Source of the DNA: Candidatus Thorarchaeota archaeon SMTZ1-45
Lineage (GTDB): Archaea; Asgardarchaeota; Thorarchaeia; Thorarchaeales; Thorarchaeaceae
DNA length: 64,000 nt
Assembly: GCA_001563335.1 (NCBI GenBank)
Contig: LRSL01000013.1
Span: 1 to 64,000, forward strand
Direction of reading: 5' to 3'
Below the pieces are notes generated by a model, which was not told where the DNA came from, made no database searches, and worked only from the letters and a program-made list of their open reading frames with translations. Positions 18,328 to 27,744 of this stretch are shown here, in pieces (position 1 is the stretch's first letter; the number at the start of each line of letters is the position of its first letter). The position numbers and the translations under genes are program-made.

Positions 18328-18697
18328 TCAAATATCACCAAGAAGTATGTGGGATTGTGTAATGTTACTTCATAAATGAAACGCTTTGAATGCACATGTA
18401 GCGAATTAACCCTCTAATTCATACTTGTTGTCATGAAAAGACTTTAGATTTCCATTATGTTTTCAGAAATCGTGGCCCAAAAGAACTAGTATTTGGATGG
18501 CTGATTAGGGAATTATTTAATCAAATAAATTATTGAACAATCTACAAAGGGTTTATTTACTTTTTTTGTTTGCGCAGAGGTAATCGTTCGCCCGTTGAAT
18601 GATTCACCAGTGCCACAAATGACAAGGATTCTCTCCACGCCAGCGGGAATCGACGCATTCGATCTACCACAGCTCTGACCGCAGTGTCACTCATCGA

Positions 18698-19675
18698 GTG
18701 TGCTGCATGGAGATGATTGGACTGGCCAGCAGACATTCAAAGACCCAAAAGAAGAAGGAGCACATTGGTTCGGCCAGCTATGTATGTAACGCTTGTAACT
18801 GTGTGGATGTTTATATTGACCACACTCGTGGAGAAGTGATTTGTTCTAGTTGTGGACTTGTTCTTTCAGACCATTCGATAGATATGGGTCCAGAATGGAG
18901 AGCCTTTACATCTGACGAGCAAAATGCCCGACAGCGAGTAGGAGGCCCAACAGACTGGAGCAAGTTTGACCAAGGTCTGACAACCACTATTGGTCGTCAA
19001 AATGTTGATGCATCCGGAAGAAAACTCACTTCAACAAGAAGAGCTGAAATACATCGACTTCGAAAATGGCAGATTCGTACCAAGGTGCACTCCTCTGACA
19101 AACGCAACCTTGCTGTTGCTATGACAGAACTCCACAGAATAAGCTCTCAATTGAGTATTCCATACTCGATTCGAGAAACCTCCGCCGTGATCTACAGGAA
19201 AGCCTTACGAAAGAGACTTACCCGTGGGCGTACCATTCTCGGAATGATTGCCGCTTCACTCTATCTCGCGTGTCGTGTTCATCAAGTTCCACGACCTCTT
19301 GAGGAAATCGTTGAACAGATACACATCACGCGGAAAGAACTCAGCCTTTGCGTTCGACTCATTCTTCGGTACCTAAACCTCAAGATACCCCATAGCAACC
19401 CTGCCGAGTTCGTTCACCGCTTTGGCACTGAATTAGAACTTCCAGGTGAGGCGAAAAAGAAGGCTATTGATATTCTGGAACTAGCGAGGGAGCAAAGACT
19501 CACAATCGGTAAAGATCCTAAGGGAATGGCGGCTGCAGCAATCTATGTTGCTAGTATTCTCACTGGTGCTAGACGAACCCAACTTGAGATTGCTCGAACT
19601 GCACGTGTCACTGAAGTGACCGTGAGGAACCGCTACAAAGAAATGGTTGAGAAGTTAGGAATCTCAACAACTTGA
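18698..19675 (+). CDS. tfb: Transcription initiation factor IIB (TFB); true start probably at 18713-18722
   Basis: Zn ribbon CNAC...GEVICSSCGLV; IDMGPEWRAF; RLRKWQIR; cyclin repeats; GKDPKGMAAAAIY; TEVTVRNRYKE. Confidence 0.95.
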   Translation: MCCMEMIGLASRHSKTQKKKEHIGSASYVCNACNCVDVYIDHTRGEVICSSCGLVLSDHSIDMGPEWRAFTSDEQNARQRVGGPTDWSKFDQGLTTTIGRQNVDASGRKLTSTRRAEIHRLRKWQIRTKVHSSDKRNLAVAMTELHRISSQLSIPYSIRETSAVIYRKALRKRLTRGRTILGMIAASLYLACRVHQVPRPLEEIVEQIHITRKELSLCVRLILRYLNLKIPHSNPAEFVHRFGTELELPGEAKKKAIDILELAREQRLTIGKDPKGMAAAAIYVASILTGARRTQLEIARTARVTEVTVRNRYKEMVEKLGISTT

Positions 19676-19680
19676 GCTTC

Positions 19681-19712
19681 AGAGGGGGTTTCCCCCTCTT
19701 TCTTCCTTTTTT
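19681..19712 (+). terminator. GC stem-loop plus pyrimidine/T tract after tfb
   Basis: agaggggg-ttt-ccccctct followed by ttcttcctttttt. Confidence 0.65.
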
Positions 19713-19797
19713 AATGTTCATCTCTTGATTTTGAGCCTATTCTCATATTCTCCCTGTCGTATATAGGCTTATCATCTTAGATTCAAAACAAAAACTA

Positions 19798-20646
19798 GTG
19801 AGAGGAATCATGTCCACAAAGCAGTCCATACTGGGTGTCTGGCTAATTGAGCGAGGCAGTGGTAGGAATCTTGTGGCTAAATGCTACTCTGATGCAGTTA
19901 AACTGGATATGGACCTGATAGCTCCTTTTCTCTCTGCTACACATACTTTCATCGACAAAGCATCAAATGAAACTCTCAAGACTGTTGATACAGAAACAAA
20001 TCGATATGTTTGGGAGGCTAATGATCATCTTCTCTTTGTAATGGTGGTTTCCAAAGCAGCCCGTCTTGGCCACATGCGTTTTATGCTTGAATACGCATTA
20101 AATGAATTCATGAAGAAAGAGGTTCCTCCTGATTCAGATGTTGCCACTTTGTTGAAGAATTGGCATGGTGCTCCAGGCACATTCAAGAACTTTGGAAGAT
20201 TTGTTGACGAGCTTGTGACTCAATATGAGGCGACTGATGAGAGTCTTGTGGCTGGAAAATCCATGGACTGTCTTGAGGTATACAGTCATCTTTTCAGAGG
20301 CATAATGAAAGTAAAGGGTGGCAAAAAGAAGAAAGAAACCATTGTCAAACGAATGAAAGGTTTCACCGAACCTCTGCTCGACAGATATCCATTCCTACTC
20401 AAGGTTCCAATAGATATTGCTGGCATTGAAGTTCTAGACATCGATGTCAATACCGTTGCCTACCAACATCTTAGAGATTCTCTAGAGGAATTATTACGAC
20501 TACTTGGAAAGGCTGTTCGCGAGATTGTGACTCCCAAAGCATACAAGGATATGCTGTTTGATTATGTCATGCCTTATGTGAAACATGATATACAAAGACT
20601 GCAAACCTACGCAATCCTGGATGATGTTGTTAGATATCTATTCTAG
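19798..20646 (+). CDS. Longin-like domain protein with a C-terminal helical domain
   Basis: ILGVWLIERGSGRNL...DMDLIAPFLSATHTF...LLFVMVV...LEYALNEF...FKNFGRFVDELV fits the beta-beta-alpha-beta-beta-beta-alpha-alpha longin pattern common in Asgard proteins. Confidence 0.65.
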   Translation: MRGIMSTKQSILGVWLIERGSGRNLVAKCYSDAVKLDMDLIAPFLSATHTFIDKASNETLKTVDTETNRYVWEANDHLLFVMVVSKAARLGHMRFMLEYALNEFMKKEVPPDSDVATLLKNWHGAPGTFKNFGRFVDELVTQYEATDESLVAGKSMDCLEVYSHLFRGIMKVKGGKKKKETIVKRMKGFTEPLLDRYPFLLKVPIDIAGIEVLDIDVNTVAYQHLRDSLEELLRLLGKAVREIVTPKAYKDMLFDYVMPYVKHDIQRLQTYAILDDVVRYLF

Positions 20647-21987
20647 TCACTTTTCAAGGACAATGAGAGCTCTTTGAACTACTTGTCCCCTCTTTCTCTC
20701 TGGGATCGATTCTCGACCAGGTCTAATTTTCAAACGGGCATCAATATCCTTCCGACTCACGATTAAATCGCTGGGCAACATCTTATAGAGTGATACTCCC
20801 GTATCTCTAGTTAAATCACTGAATTTTATTGAAATAGATTCTTTCTCTGTCCGAATCACAGGAATTGTCATTGCTATGCGACCATCAGGTCGTAGTATCT
20901 TAGAGATCTGTTTGAGTACTTGAAGATAAAGCATTGTGAGTTCTTTGATTGTTTCTTCTGCTTCATCTCTTTTGGGTGGCTTCTTGAAGATTGGTCCAAG
21001 AATTGGCTCAAAGGCTACTGCATCCACCTGTTTCTTGACAAATGATGATAACTCTCTTGAGTCGCCAATGAGAATATTATAGTCTAGTTTCTCTCCAAGG
21101 TCCTTTTCAAGCCATTTCATATTTGATCTAGCGCCTTGGACCTGATCCCCATCGATATCAACACCTATACACCTCATTCCTAGGATTGCAGCCTCCATGA
21201 GGATTGTTCCAGTCCCGCAGAAAGGATCTAGAACTATGTCGCCTGGTCTAGCTCCAGAGAGGTTGAGCAGAGTTCGACAGATTTTCGGACTCGTGCTGAT
21301 TTCAGCTGAAACAAATGGTCTTGATTCATCCCTATACTGTTGCAACATAGAATCATAGACGACATTGGTTCGTGCAATGTATAGTTTTGTTTCTGAGAAT
21401 ACTGCTAGAACCTCAGCATTAGGCGGAGTAAGTAATGCATTTCGAGCAATTGATTTAGGCCAGAGCGCAATATTCAATCTGTCCCTTACTCTTCTATCTG
21501 GTTCATCGTAGGCATAATAGTCTGCTCTTCTTGCCCCGTTCTCAATAAGGAGTTTCTTTACTTGATCATTCAGTCCCCGAGTGAACCTTCTGAAATTGAT
21601 TGGAAATCCTCCATCTACGATAGGATAGGTACTGATCCCAAATCTGACCTTCTTCCCCTTGACTTTTGGCCACACGATTTTGAGCCAAGGACATTTGTTA
21701 ATCTCCTTCAATGAATCCTTGCTTGCAGCCTTCTTAGCCGGATAAGCTTTCAATGGGATGTCTATATCATATTCCCAGATGACCCTACCAATTTTGAAAC
21801 AACCTCCAAGAGCAGACTGCATATCTATAATCTGGTCTGCGTCGAGTTGTTGTCTAACTTCAATGACTGCAGCATTTCTTGAATGGTCCACAAGGACTCC
21901 ATCAAACCCTCTGTCCTGAATATAGGTTAGGAGTTCAGCTATGCTGAGTAACCAATTCGAACCAAGTACTAATGCAAACTTTGTCAT
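20647..21987 (-). CDS. TRM11/Trm-G10-like tRNA (guanine-N2) methyltransferase
   Basis: SPKICRTLLNL; VLDPFCGTGTILMEA; GVDID; FEPILGP; N-terminal THUMP-like region. Confidence 0.78.
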   Translation of the reverse strand: MTKFALVLGSNWLLSIAELLTYIQDRGFDGVLVDHSRNAAVIEVRQQLDADQIIDMQSALGGCFKIGRVIWEYDIDIPLKAYPAKKAASKDSLKEINKCPWLKIVWPKVKGKKVRFGISTYPIVDGGFPINFRRFTRGLNDQVKKLLIENGARRADYYAYDEPDRRVRDRLNIALWPKSIARNALLTPPNAEVLAVFSETKLYIARTNVVYDSMLQQYRDESRPFVSAEISTSPKICRTLLNLSGARPGDIVLDPFCGTGTILMEAAILGMRCIGVDIDGDQVQGARSNMKWLEKDLGEKLDYNILIGDSRELSSFVKKQVDAVAFEPILGPIFKKPPKRDEAEETIKELTMLYLQVLKQISKILRPDGRIAMTIPVIRTEKESISIKFSDLTRDTGVSLYKMLPSDLIVSRKDIDARLKIRPGRESIPERKRGQVVQRALIVLEK

Positions 21988-22829
21988 TTACTTCCTTTCT
22001 CCAACTCTTCAAAGAGGAACTTGGCGTAGAGTGCCCCCTGAAGTGGATTTGTAGATTCACTTATGAACGTAGGTTTGTATCCACATTCTTGAACAATCTC
22101 TACCAATGGAAGTATGTCCGGTCCCCACTCTTCTCCCAGCGGCCGATGAGCTACTTCACCTTTTCCAGTGAATGAAATTCCACTGATATGAAAATGCATG
22201 TTGTCAACAAAAAGTTCTCCCAATTCATCCTCAAAGCGATTCAAGACTTTGAGGTAGCTCTCTCTATCATTAATTTCTCCTTGACTTCTTGCATATAGGT
22301 GCGCCCAATCAATTGTTGGGATGCATCCATCCACCTCTTGACATAAACGAATGACCTGTTCTAAAGATCCGTATGCCGATAGTTTGCCTGCAACTTCAGG
22401 AGCCAGAAGTGCACCTCCACCCAAATCTCCTGCTGTTTGCCAGACGCTTTTCAACCCCTCTCTGATCACTGTATGAGCTTCAATCTCTCCTAATCCACCT
22501 AGGGACCCTGGATGAAACACAATTCGTTTCACATTCATCAGAGGGGCAAACTTGAGCGCTTTGATTAACCTCTTCTTCGATGATTCACGAATTCGAGAGG
22601 TTTTAGACGCGAGACTGATGTAGTATGCCGCATGAAGGCTCATGCTAACTCCTGATTCTTTTGCGAGCTTACCAATCAATCTAGCCTTTTCATCTTTGGT
22701 CTGCAATCCGTAAACTGCTGCATATTCAAGAGCGTCCATTCCTGCTTCTCTGAGGATTGTAAAAACACGTTGCACATTCCCTCGTGCTTCATTCGGATAC
22801 CCTGCCGGACCAAACAGAACCTTATTCAT
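21984..22829 (-). CDS. nfo: Archaeal endonuclease IV-like (AP endonuclease 2 TIM barrel)
   Basis: FGPAG; SLHAAYYISL; VFHPG; PEVAGK; PTIDWAHLYAR; HFHISGI; GEVAH; ISES. Confidence 0.85.
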   Translation of the reverse strand: MNKVLFGPAGYPNEARGNVQRVFTILREAGMDALEYAAVYGLQTKDEKARLIGKLAKESGVSMSLHAAYYISLASKTSRIRESSKKRLIKALKFAPLMNVKRIVFHPGSLGGLGEIEAHTVIREGLKSVWQTAGDLGGGALLAPEVAGKLSAYGSLEQVIRLCQEVDGCIPTIDWAHLYARSQGEINDRESYLKVLNRFEDELGELFVDNMHFHISGISFTGKGEVAHRPLGEEWGPDILPLVEIVQECGYKPTFISESTNPLQGALYAKFLFEELEKGSK

Positions 22830-22945
22830 AACTTGACCTCTACACTACTTGCGATACTGATGAAATAAGAGTAATTGGTTGTGCAGAACATTGTCCACAA
22901 GTCTTTAATTGAAGCTTTCTCTGGACAGCTTGGTAGAACAGTACT

Positions 22946-23887
22946 ATGACAGAAATCTCGCCTGAAGCAGGAAAAACCAAGCGTTTCTATCCAATGGCAT
23001 TTCTCTCAATTATCAGACCTCAGAATTGTATCATCGGTGGTCTCACAGTCATTGCTGGAGTGGCTATGGCTTATCGAATGGCTCAAGTTGGTAGTGGCAT
23101 CACTGATTACCTGCATCTCTTCATTTATGGTTATATCACCTATTTCTTTGTGGCTGCAGGTGGTAATGTGGTGAATGACATTTTTGACATCGAGGTTGAC
23201 AAGATAAATCGCCCACATCGTGCATTACCCAGTGGGAGAATGACTGTTAAGCAAGCATGGGCATATGTGGTTTTTTTGAGTATGACTGGACTCCTGTTTG
23301 CGATCTTGACCGGTCCGTATAGCGCATTGATTGTTTTCTGTTTCCTAGTAATAGGCTATCTTTATGCCGCCAAGGTAAAAGCACTAGGACTTGCGGGTAA
23401 TTTCATGGTCGCATTCTCTTTTGCTTTTGGAATCTTATATGGTGCATTTGCCTACGGCGAAACTATTGGATTGCCATTGACCAATGCAATCCCGCTTCCA
23501 CATTGGCTCTTCTTCTTTACGGCTTTCTTAATATTACAAGCTCGAGAAACTATCAAAGGTGCTGAAGACGTTGAAGGTGATCGAGCGAGAGATGTCCGCA
23601 CAATCGCTAGGATTTACGGATATAATGTTGCCGCAGCAGTTTCTGGAGCCTTAAACTTCATTGGAGTCTTTAGCTATGTACTAATATGGGTCTGGGGGTT
23701 TGCGAGTTGGGATTTGTGGCCATTACTTCTTCTAGGGATGGGTGTTGTATTAGGAGCTGGAGTTGCTCCGCTGACAGGACCAGATAATAAAAGGGCACTT
23801 CTTATTGGCAGTACCTTAGATAAAATTGGTGCTCTGGTGGGTCTAATTGCCTTCATAATAATTTCACTCTATGGGGTAGCAATTTAA
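22946..23887 (+). CDS. Digeranylgeranylglyceryl phosphate synthase (UbiA family)
   Basis: IRPQNC; NVVNDIFDIEVDKINRPHRALPSG; ARETIKGAEDVEGD; multiple TM helices. Confidence 0.9.
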   Translation: MTEISPEAGKTKRFYPMAFLSIIRPQNCIIGGLTVIAGVAMAYRMAQVGSGITDYLHLFIYGYITYFFVAAGGNVVNDIFDIEVDKINRPHRALPSGRMTVKQAWAYVVFLSMTGLLFAILTGPYSALIVFCFLVIGYLYAAKVKALGLAGNFMVAFSFAFGILYGAFAYGETIGLPLTNAIPLPHWLFFFTAFLILQARETIKGAEDVEGDRARDVRTIARIYGYNVAAAVSGALNFIGVFSYVLIWVWGFASWDLWPLLLLGMGVVLGAGVAPLTGPDNKRALLIGSTLDKIGALVGLIAFIIISLYGVAI

Positions 23888-24717
23888 TGGACCTGCCAAA
23901 ATGTCCACACTAGGACAATCACGCATGCTATTGCTACTAATGCTGCCCATAAGGTCGAAGTATCATGAGCCTCTCTAATTCCGAATATCAATAAATAACC
24001 AGTCCAAAGGAACGCACCAGTTGTCATGATGTCTATTGTGAACCAAATACCTGAAGTATATGCCCAGTTAAGAAACTCTGGAGTGAGAATTGCTAGAGAC
24101 CCTGGATCAAAGTTGATTACAGTACCATATGCTGGAAATGCAAAGAGAACTACTAATAGCGCAACCAATCGCACAAGAATCACTGGCATCATGCTGTATC
24201 CCACGACTGAAAGCGTCTTCATCTTACCTCCTGTACCACCAGTCAGCTTGAATGCAAAGTGTGCAAATGCAGTTCCAACAATCAAATAGACGAGTCCAAT
24301 CATGATACTAGGCATCATTCCCACAAGTGCGACAATCCATGCCATTCCTCCTTGAGGGCTCAATAGTAAGTTGGCTGGTCCAATCTCCCCACTAGTTGCA
24401 TTTACTATGACATTGGTTGTAATTTTGGAGGATAATGATAGAAAGAGTCCTGCAATAATCAGGGCATTTATCACGATTATCATAAATGGTCCTGCTGAAT
24501 CAGGTCTCTGTCCTATGTCTCTATAAGTGGCTCCTGGTCTTCTGATTACTCCCCACATTCTTTCGCGGGTCCCCATGAATTTGACTTCCGGAGACTCTGG
24601 TCTCTTCAAGATTGGTAGAATCCGCTCAAGGGTTTCTTCTGCAATCGTTTCTTTGCAGACTGGACAGGTGGTTGCATCAGCCGGAACTGGGCTGTCACAG
24701 AATTCACAGCGCCGCAC
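23884..24717 (-). CDS. Yip1-domain membrane protein with an N-terminal zinc ribbon
   Basis: CEFC..CPVC; VIRRPGATYRDI; GG...KTLSVVGYSMMP; LWTGYLLIFGIREAH; about 5 TM helices. Confidence 0.75.
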   Translation of the reverse strand: MRRCEFCDSPVPADATTCPVCKETIAEETLERILPILKRPESPEVKFMGTRERMWGVIRRPGATYRDIGQRPDSAGPFMIIVINALIIAGLFLSLSSKITTNVIVNATSGEIGPANLLLSPQGGMAWIVALVGMMPSIMIGLVYLIVGTAFAHFAFKLTGGTGGKMKTLSVVGYSMMPVILVRLVALLVVLFAFPAYGTVINFDPGSLAILTPEFLNWAYTSGIWFTIDIMTTGAFLWTGYLLIFGIREAHDTSTLWAALVAIACVIVLVWTFWQVH

Positions 24718-24798
24718 GATTAATCATCTCTAAAGGGGTGACGTACAGGATAAACTGTCGTGCCTTTCTATTTAAGCGAATTCCAGCTAAGTATATGT

Positions 24799-25452
24799 TC
24801 ACCACATACCAAAGCTTTTGAAAATACCAGTTTTGTGTACAATAATGAATGGAATCAATGCATCCCACATACTCTGGAATGCGTTAAGAATAATCGCATA
24901 GCTTAGGATGAATTCAACTGTCAGGAACGGCATTGCAATGGCTCCATATATGAGATTGATTGGAACCATTAGTAAAAGCCGGAGAATAAAAGCTGAGAGC
25001 ATTAACGTCCCATAAAATCTTGGTCTGGATAAGGACTCCCCTCTTGATTCGTTTCCCAATCTACGCACACCAAGCCATGGAACCAGAATCATTGGCAAAG
25101 TAGCTAATATTTTGAATATTGGTCCAATTGCTGTTGGGTCATATAGGAATAATCCGAATGTACCAGCAAATGCACTAAGCATCCCTACCCAATAACCACC
25201 TAACAGGAACGCAATAATCCAAAATATTGAAACTGGATCAAAGAGAGCTATCCCCCACCCTGGTATTCTGGGAACAATGGACGCTATTGGCGCAACAGCT
25301 ATGGAGAGCGCAGCCAATACGCTTGCTGTTACGATCTTCTTTACCTTCTCAGCGCTTTCTGAAGTCTTTGTGAGGTCCATGTCATCACGAACCTCATCCT
25401 TTACAGTCTGATCCGGTACTCTGGGGGTTCCATGGGTGGTAATGTCGACCAT
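24799..25452 (-). CDS. ECF transporter S-component-like membrane protein
   Basis: ASVLAALSI...P....FDPVSIFWIIAFLLGGYWVG, about 6 TM helices. Confidence 0.6.
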   Translation of the reverse strand: MVDITTHGTPRVPDQTVKDEVRDDMDLTKTSESAEKVKKIVTASVLAALSIAVAPIASIVPRIPGWGIALFDPVSIFWIIAFLLGGYWVGMLSAFAGTFGLFLYDPTAIGPIFKILATLPMILVPWLGVRRLGNESRGESLSRPRFYGTLMLSAFILRLLLMVPINLIYGAIAMPFLTVEFILSYAIILNAFQSMWDALIPFIIVHKTGIFKSFGMW

Positions 25453-25525
25453 GCTCTTGGAGCCTTGGGTCCGTACTTATTAATTTACCCATAAAACACT
25501 AACTACCCAAAAATGAGTAAACCTC

Positions 25526-25981
25526 CTATGTCAGATCGTCTAAGAGTCTCTCGTTCCTTCCTGGGAAATCCTCAGATGATGCGGGTCTGAATCTAGGTCT
25601 CCTCATCATTTGAAGCAGTTTTCTTGTTGGTTCTAACCAGTCAGGATTAATTCTCCATTCAGCCCAGTCAATACCTGATGTTAATGAGGTTCTACTCAGA
25701 ATCAATCTTGATGCTACCAATTCATTCATTCCATTCAATATGGTGCCAATCGTGACTGCACCCACAATAGGCCTTTCTTGACGTGCCGCTCTCAGGAGGT
25801 CTGCTGTTGTGACCCAATTACCATCTTCAATGAGAACTTTCAATACTCTCGATCTGACAGGATCTGATTCAATTGCACCTTTCAGAGGCGCTAGATTTAT
25901 CGGTTGAAGTCTTCGAGTAGTTGATTCTGGTCTTGACCAAGCATCTGAATCGTGGTCTTTATGGAATGAACTAAAATCCAT
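25526..25981 (-). CDS. Hypothetical protein, possible winged helix
   Basis: DPVRSRVLKVL....WVTTADLL...VTIGTIL...WRINP pattern; fills the gap between genes. Confidence 0.55.
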   Translation of the reverse strand: MDFSSFHKDHDSDAWSRPESTTRRLQPINLAPLKGAIESDPVRSRVLKVLIEDGNWVTTADLLRAARQERPIVGAVTIGTILNGMNELVASRLILSRTSLTSGIDWAEWRINPDWLEPTRKLLQMMRRPRFRPASSEDFPGRNERLLDDLT

Positions 25982-26089
25982 ACTAGTGCACCATTCTTTC
26001 CTCGAGTCTAATCCTTTTGAAACACAGTATTATCCCAAATTTCGGTTGTGCAGATACCTTACACAACCCTTTAAAGCATCTGTACTCTT

Positions 26090-26482
26090 GTGCTATTGAT
26101 TGTGATGAGTGTACGGGAGCCTTTGGTTGGACTGTTTAGTAAAAGTTTCGAAAAACCATCTGATTTGTTATGTTGTGCATTTGGACTTCGAAATAGTGAG
26201 ATCGATACGTACTTTTCTTTAATGGATGGTCCAAAAACAGTCGAGCAGATTAGCGAGATTATCGGAAAAGACAGAAGCACTGTTCAACGGGTGTTGAACA
26301 AACTTCTCAATAAGAATCTAGTTGAACGTACAACACATTTCATAGATAGAGGCGGATATTATTATGAATATAGCGCGAAATCATCTGAAAAAGTAAGAAA
26401 GGAGATTCTGTCTCAATTAGATGAATGGTATGAAGCAACCAAAAGCTTCTTGTTACGAAGCTGGCCGCAGACGCCTCAGTAA
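26090..26482 (+). CDS. TrmB-like winged-helix transcriptional regulator
   Basis: LLCCAFGL...YFSL..GPKTVEQISEIIGKDRSTVQRVLNKL..KNLVER...GGYYYEY. Confidence 0.85.
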   Translation: MLLIVMSVREPLVGLFSKSFEKPSDLLCCAFGLRNSEIDTYFSLMDGPKTVEQISEIIGKDRSTVQRVLNKLLNKNLVERTTHFIDRGGYYYEYSAKSSEKVRKEILSQLDEWYEATKSFLLRSWPQTPQ

Positions 26483-26503
26483 TCTTACTACCTGAGGCAG
26501 TCT

Positions 26504-27067
26504 TTGATGTCGATAATACCAGTGAAGTCAAACACAATTGCACTTACCACTCTTGCAATGATTGCAGCAGTAGGCATCGTAGTAAGATATGCAGTTCAGA
26601 TACCAATTATCCCGAATGCAGTTGTTCTGACTCCTGGATTTATGTTTTCAATTCTAGCAGGCATAGTTGGAGGAATACCTGGAGGAGCTATCGTTGGAGC
26701 TATTATTGGAGCCTCAGGGGCTCTATCAGGTACAGAAATGCCTCTTCTGCCCATGTTTGGTAACATATGTCTAGGAATTGGTTCTGGTTATGCTATCTAC
26801 TTTGCTAATCGAGATGACGCAAAATACTATGCCCTGGTAATTCTTGGTAGCGGGTTGATTGGTGGTTTCATGCCCACAATAACTGTATTCTCCTCCTTTG
26901 TTGATCCATTTATTATCAATCTGATTGCAGCATCTATTGATATGATCCAAGCATTTCTTTGGGCAGTCATTGGACTTTTTATTGAGAAGACAATCATCCG
27001 CCCGATAGCTGGGCAATATCTTTACTCAGATGGTAAAATTCGAGAACTAAGTGAAAAGGAAGTCTAG
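26504..27067 (+). CDS. ECF S-component-like membrane protein
   Basis: LAMIAAVG...IPIIP...LAGIVGGIPGGAIVGAIIG; hydrophobic; co-oriented with hypB. Confidence 0.6.
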   Translation: MMSIIPVKSNTIALTTLAMIAAVGIVVRYAVQIPIIPNAVVLTPGFMFSILAGIVGGIPGGAIVGAIIGASGALSGTEMPLLPMFGNICLGIGSGYAIYFANRDDAKYYALVILGSGLIGGFMPTITVFSSFVDPFIINLIAASIDMIQAFLWAVIGLFIEKTIIRPIAGQYLYSDGKIRELSEKEV

Positions 27068-27073
27068 TACAAT

Positions 27074-27739
27074 ATGACAAATACCAAAAAAGAAACTAGA
27101 ACTGTGAATATTGACATACGGAAAGACCTCTTTGGTGCCAATGAGAATGCAGCTGCTTTGAATGCTGAAACTTTCAAGAAGCATGGCATTGTGGCTATTG
27201 ATATTATGGGATCTGTGGGGACTGGAAAAACTCAGTTGATTGAAACACTCTGCGATCATCTTCGCGATAAATATCGCATTTTGATGCTTGCTGGCGATTT
27301 GGCGACAACAATTGATGCAGACCGTGTCGCATCACATGGTGTAGATACTGTGCAAATCAACACTGGTACTGCCTGTCACTTAGATGCAAGGATGGTCAGA
27401 GTAGCACTTCAGAATGTTAATCTGGCTGATTATCAGGTCATATTTATTGAAAATGTTGGGAACTTAATCTGTCCTGCTGGGTACTCTTTGGGAGTGGATA
27501 GGAAACTAGTTGTTGTGAGTATTACGGAAGGTCCCTACATGATTCGAAAACATCCACTTACAATAAAACATGCAGACATGGTGATAATCAATAAGATTGA
27601 CCTAGTCGAAGCACTAGAGTTTGATATTGACGCCTTAGAAGCTGACATTCGTGAAGTTGATGCTGCTATACCAGTACTTCGAGTTAGCTCAAAGACGGGT
27701 GAAGGTATTGACCAGTTGATTAAGGTCTTGAACCTATGA
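27074..27739 (+). CDS. hypB: Nickel-insertion GTPase HypB
   Basis: GSVGTGKT; GDLATTIDADR; INTGTACHLDA; IENVGNLICPA; NKID. Confidence 0.93.
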   Translation: MTNTKKETRTVNIDIRKDLFGANENAAALNAETFKKHGIVAIDIMGSVGTGKTQLIETLCDHLRDKYRILMLAGDLATTIDADRVASHGVDTVQINTGTACHLDARMVRVALQNVNLADYQVIFIENVGNLICPAGYSLGVDRKLVVVSITEGPYMIRKHPLTIKHADMVIINKIDLVEALEFDIDALEADIREVDAAIPVLRVSSKTGEGIDQLIKVLNL

Positions 27740-27744
27740 AACGA

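Noticed and set aside
18698-19675. Intein or intron in tfb, the tRNAs or vps4
   Set aside because: Lengths are normal, there are no intein motifs, and both tRNAs fold without introns.
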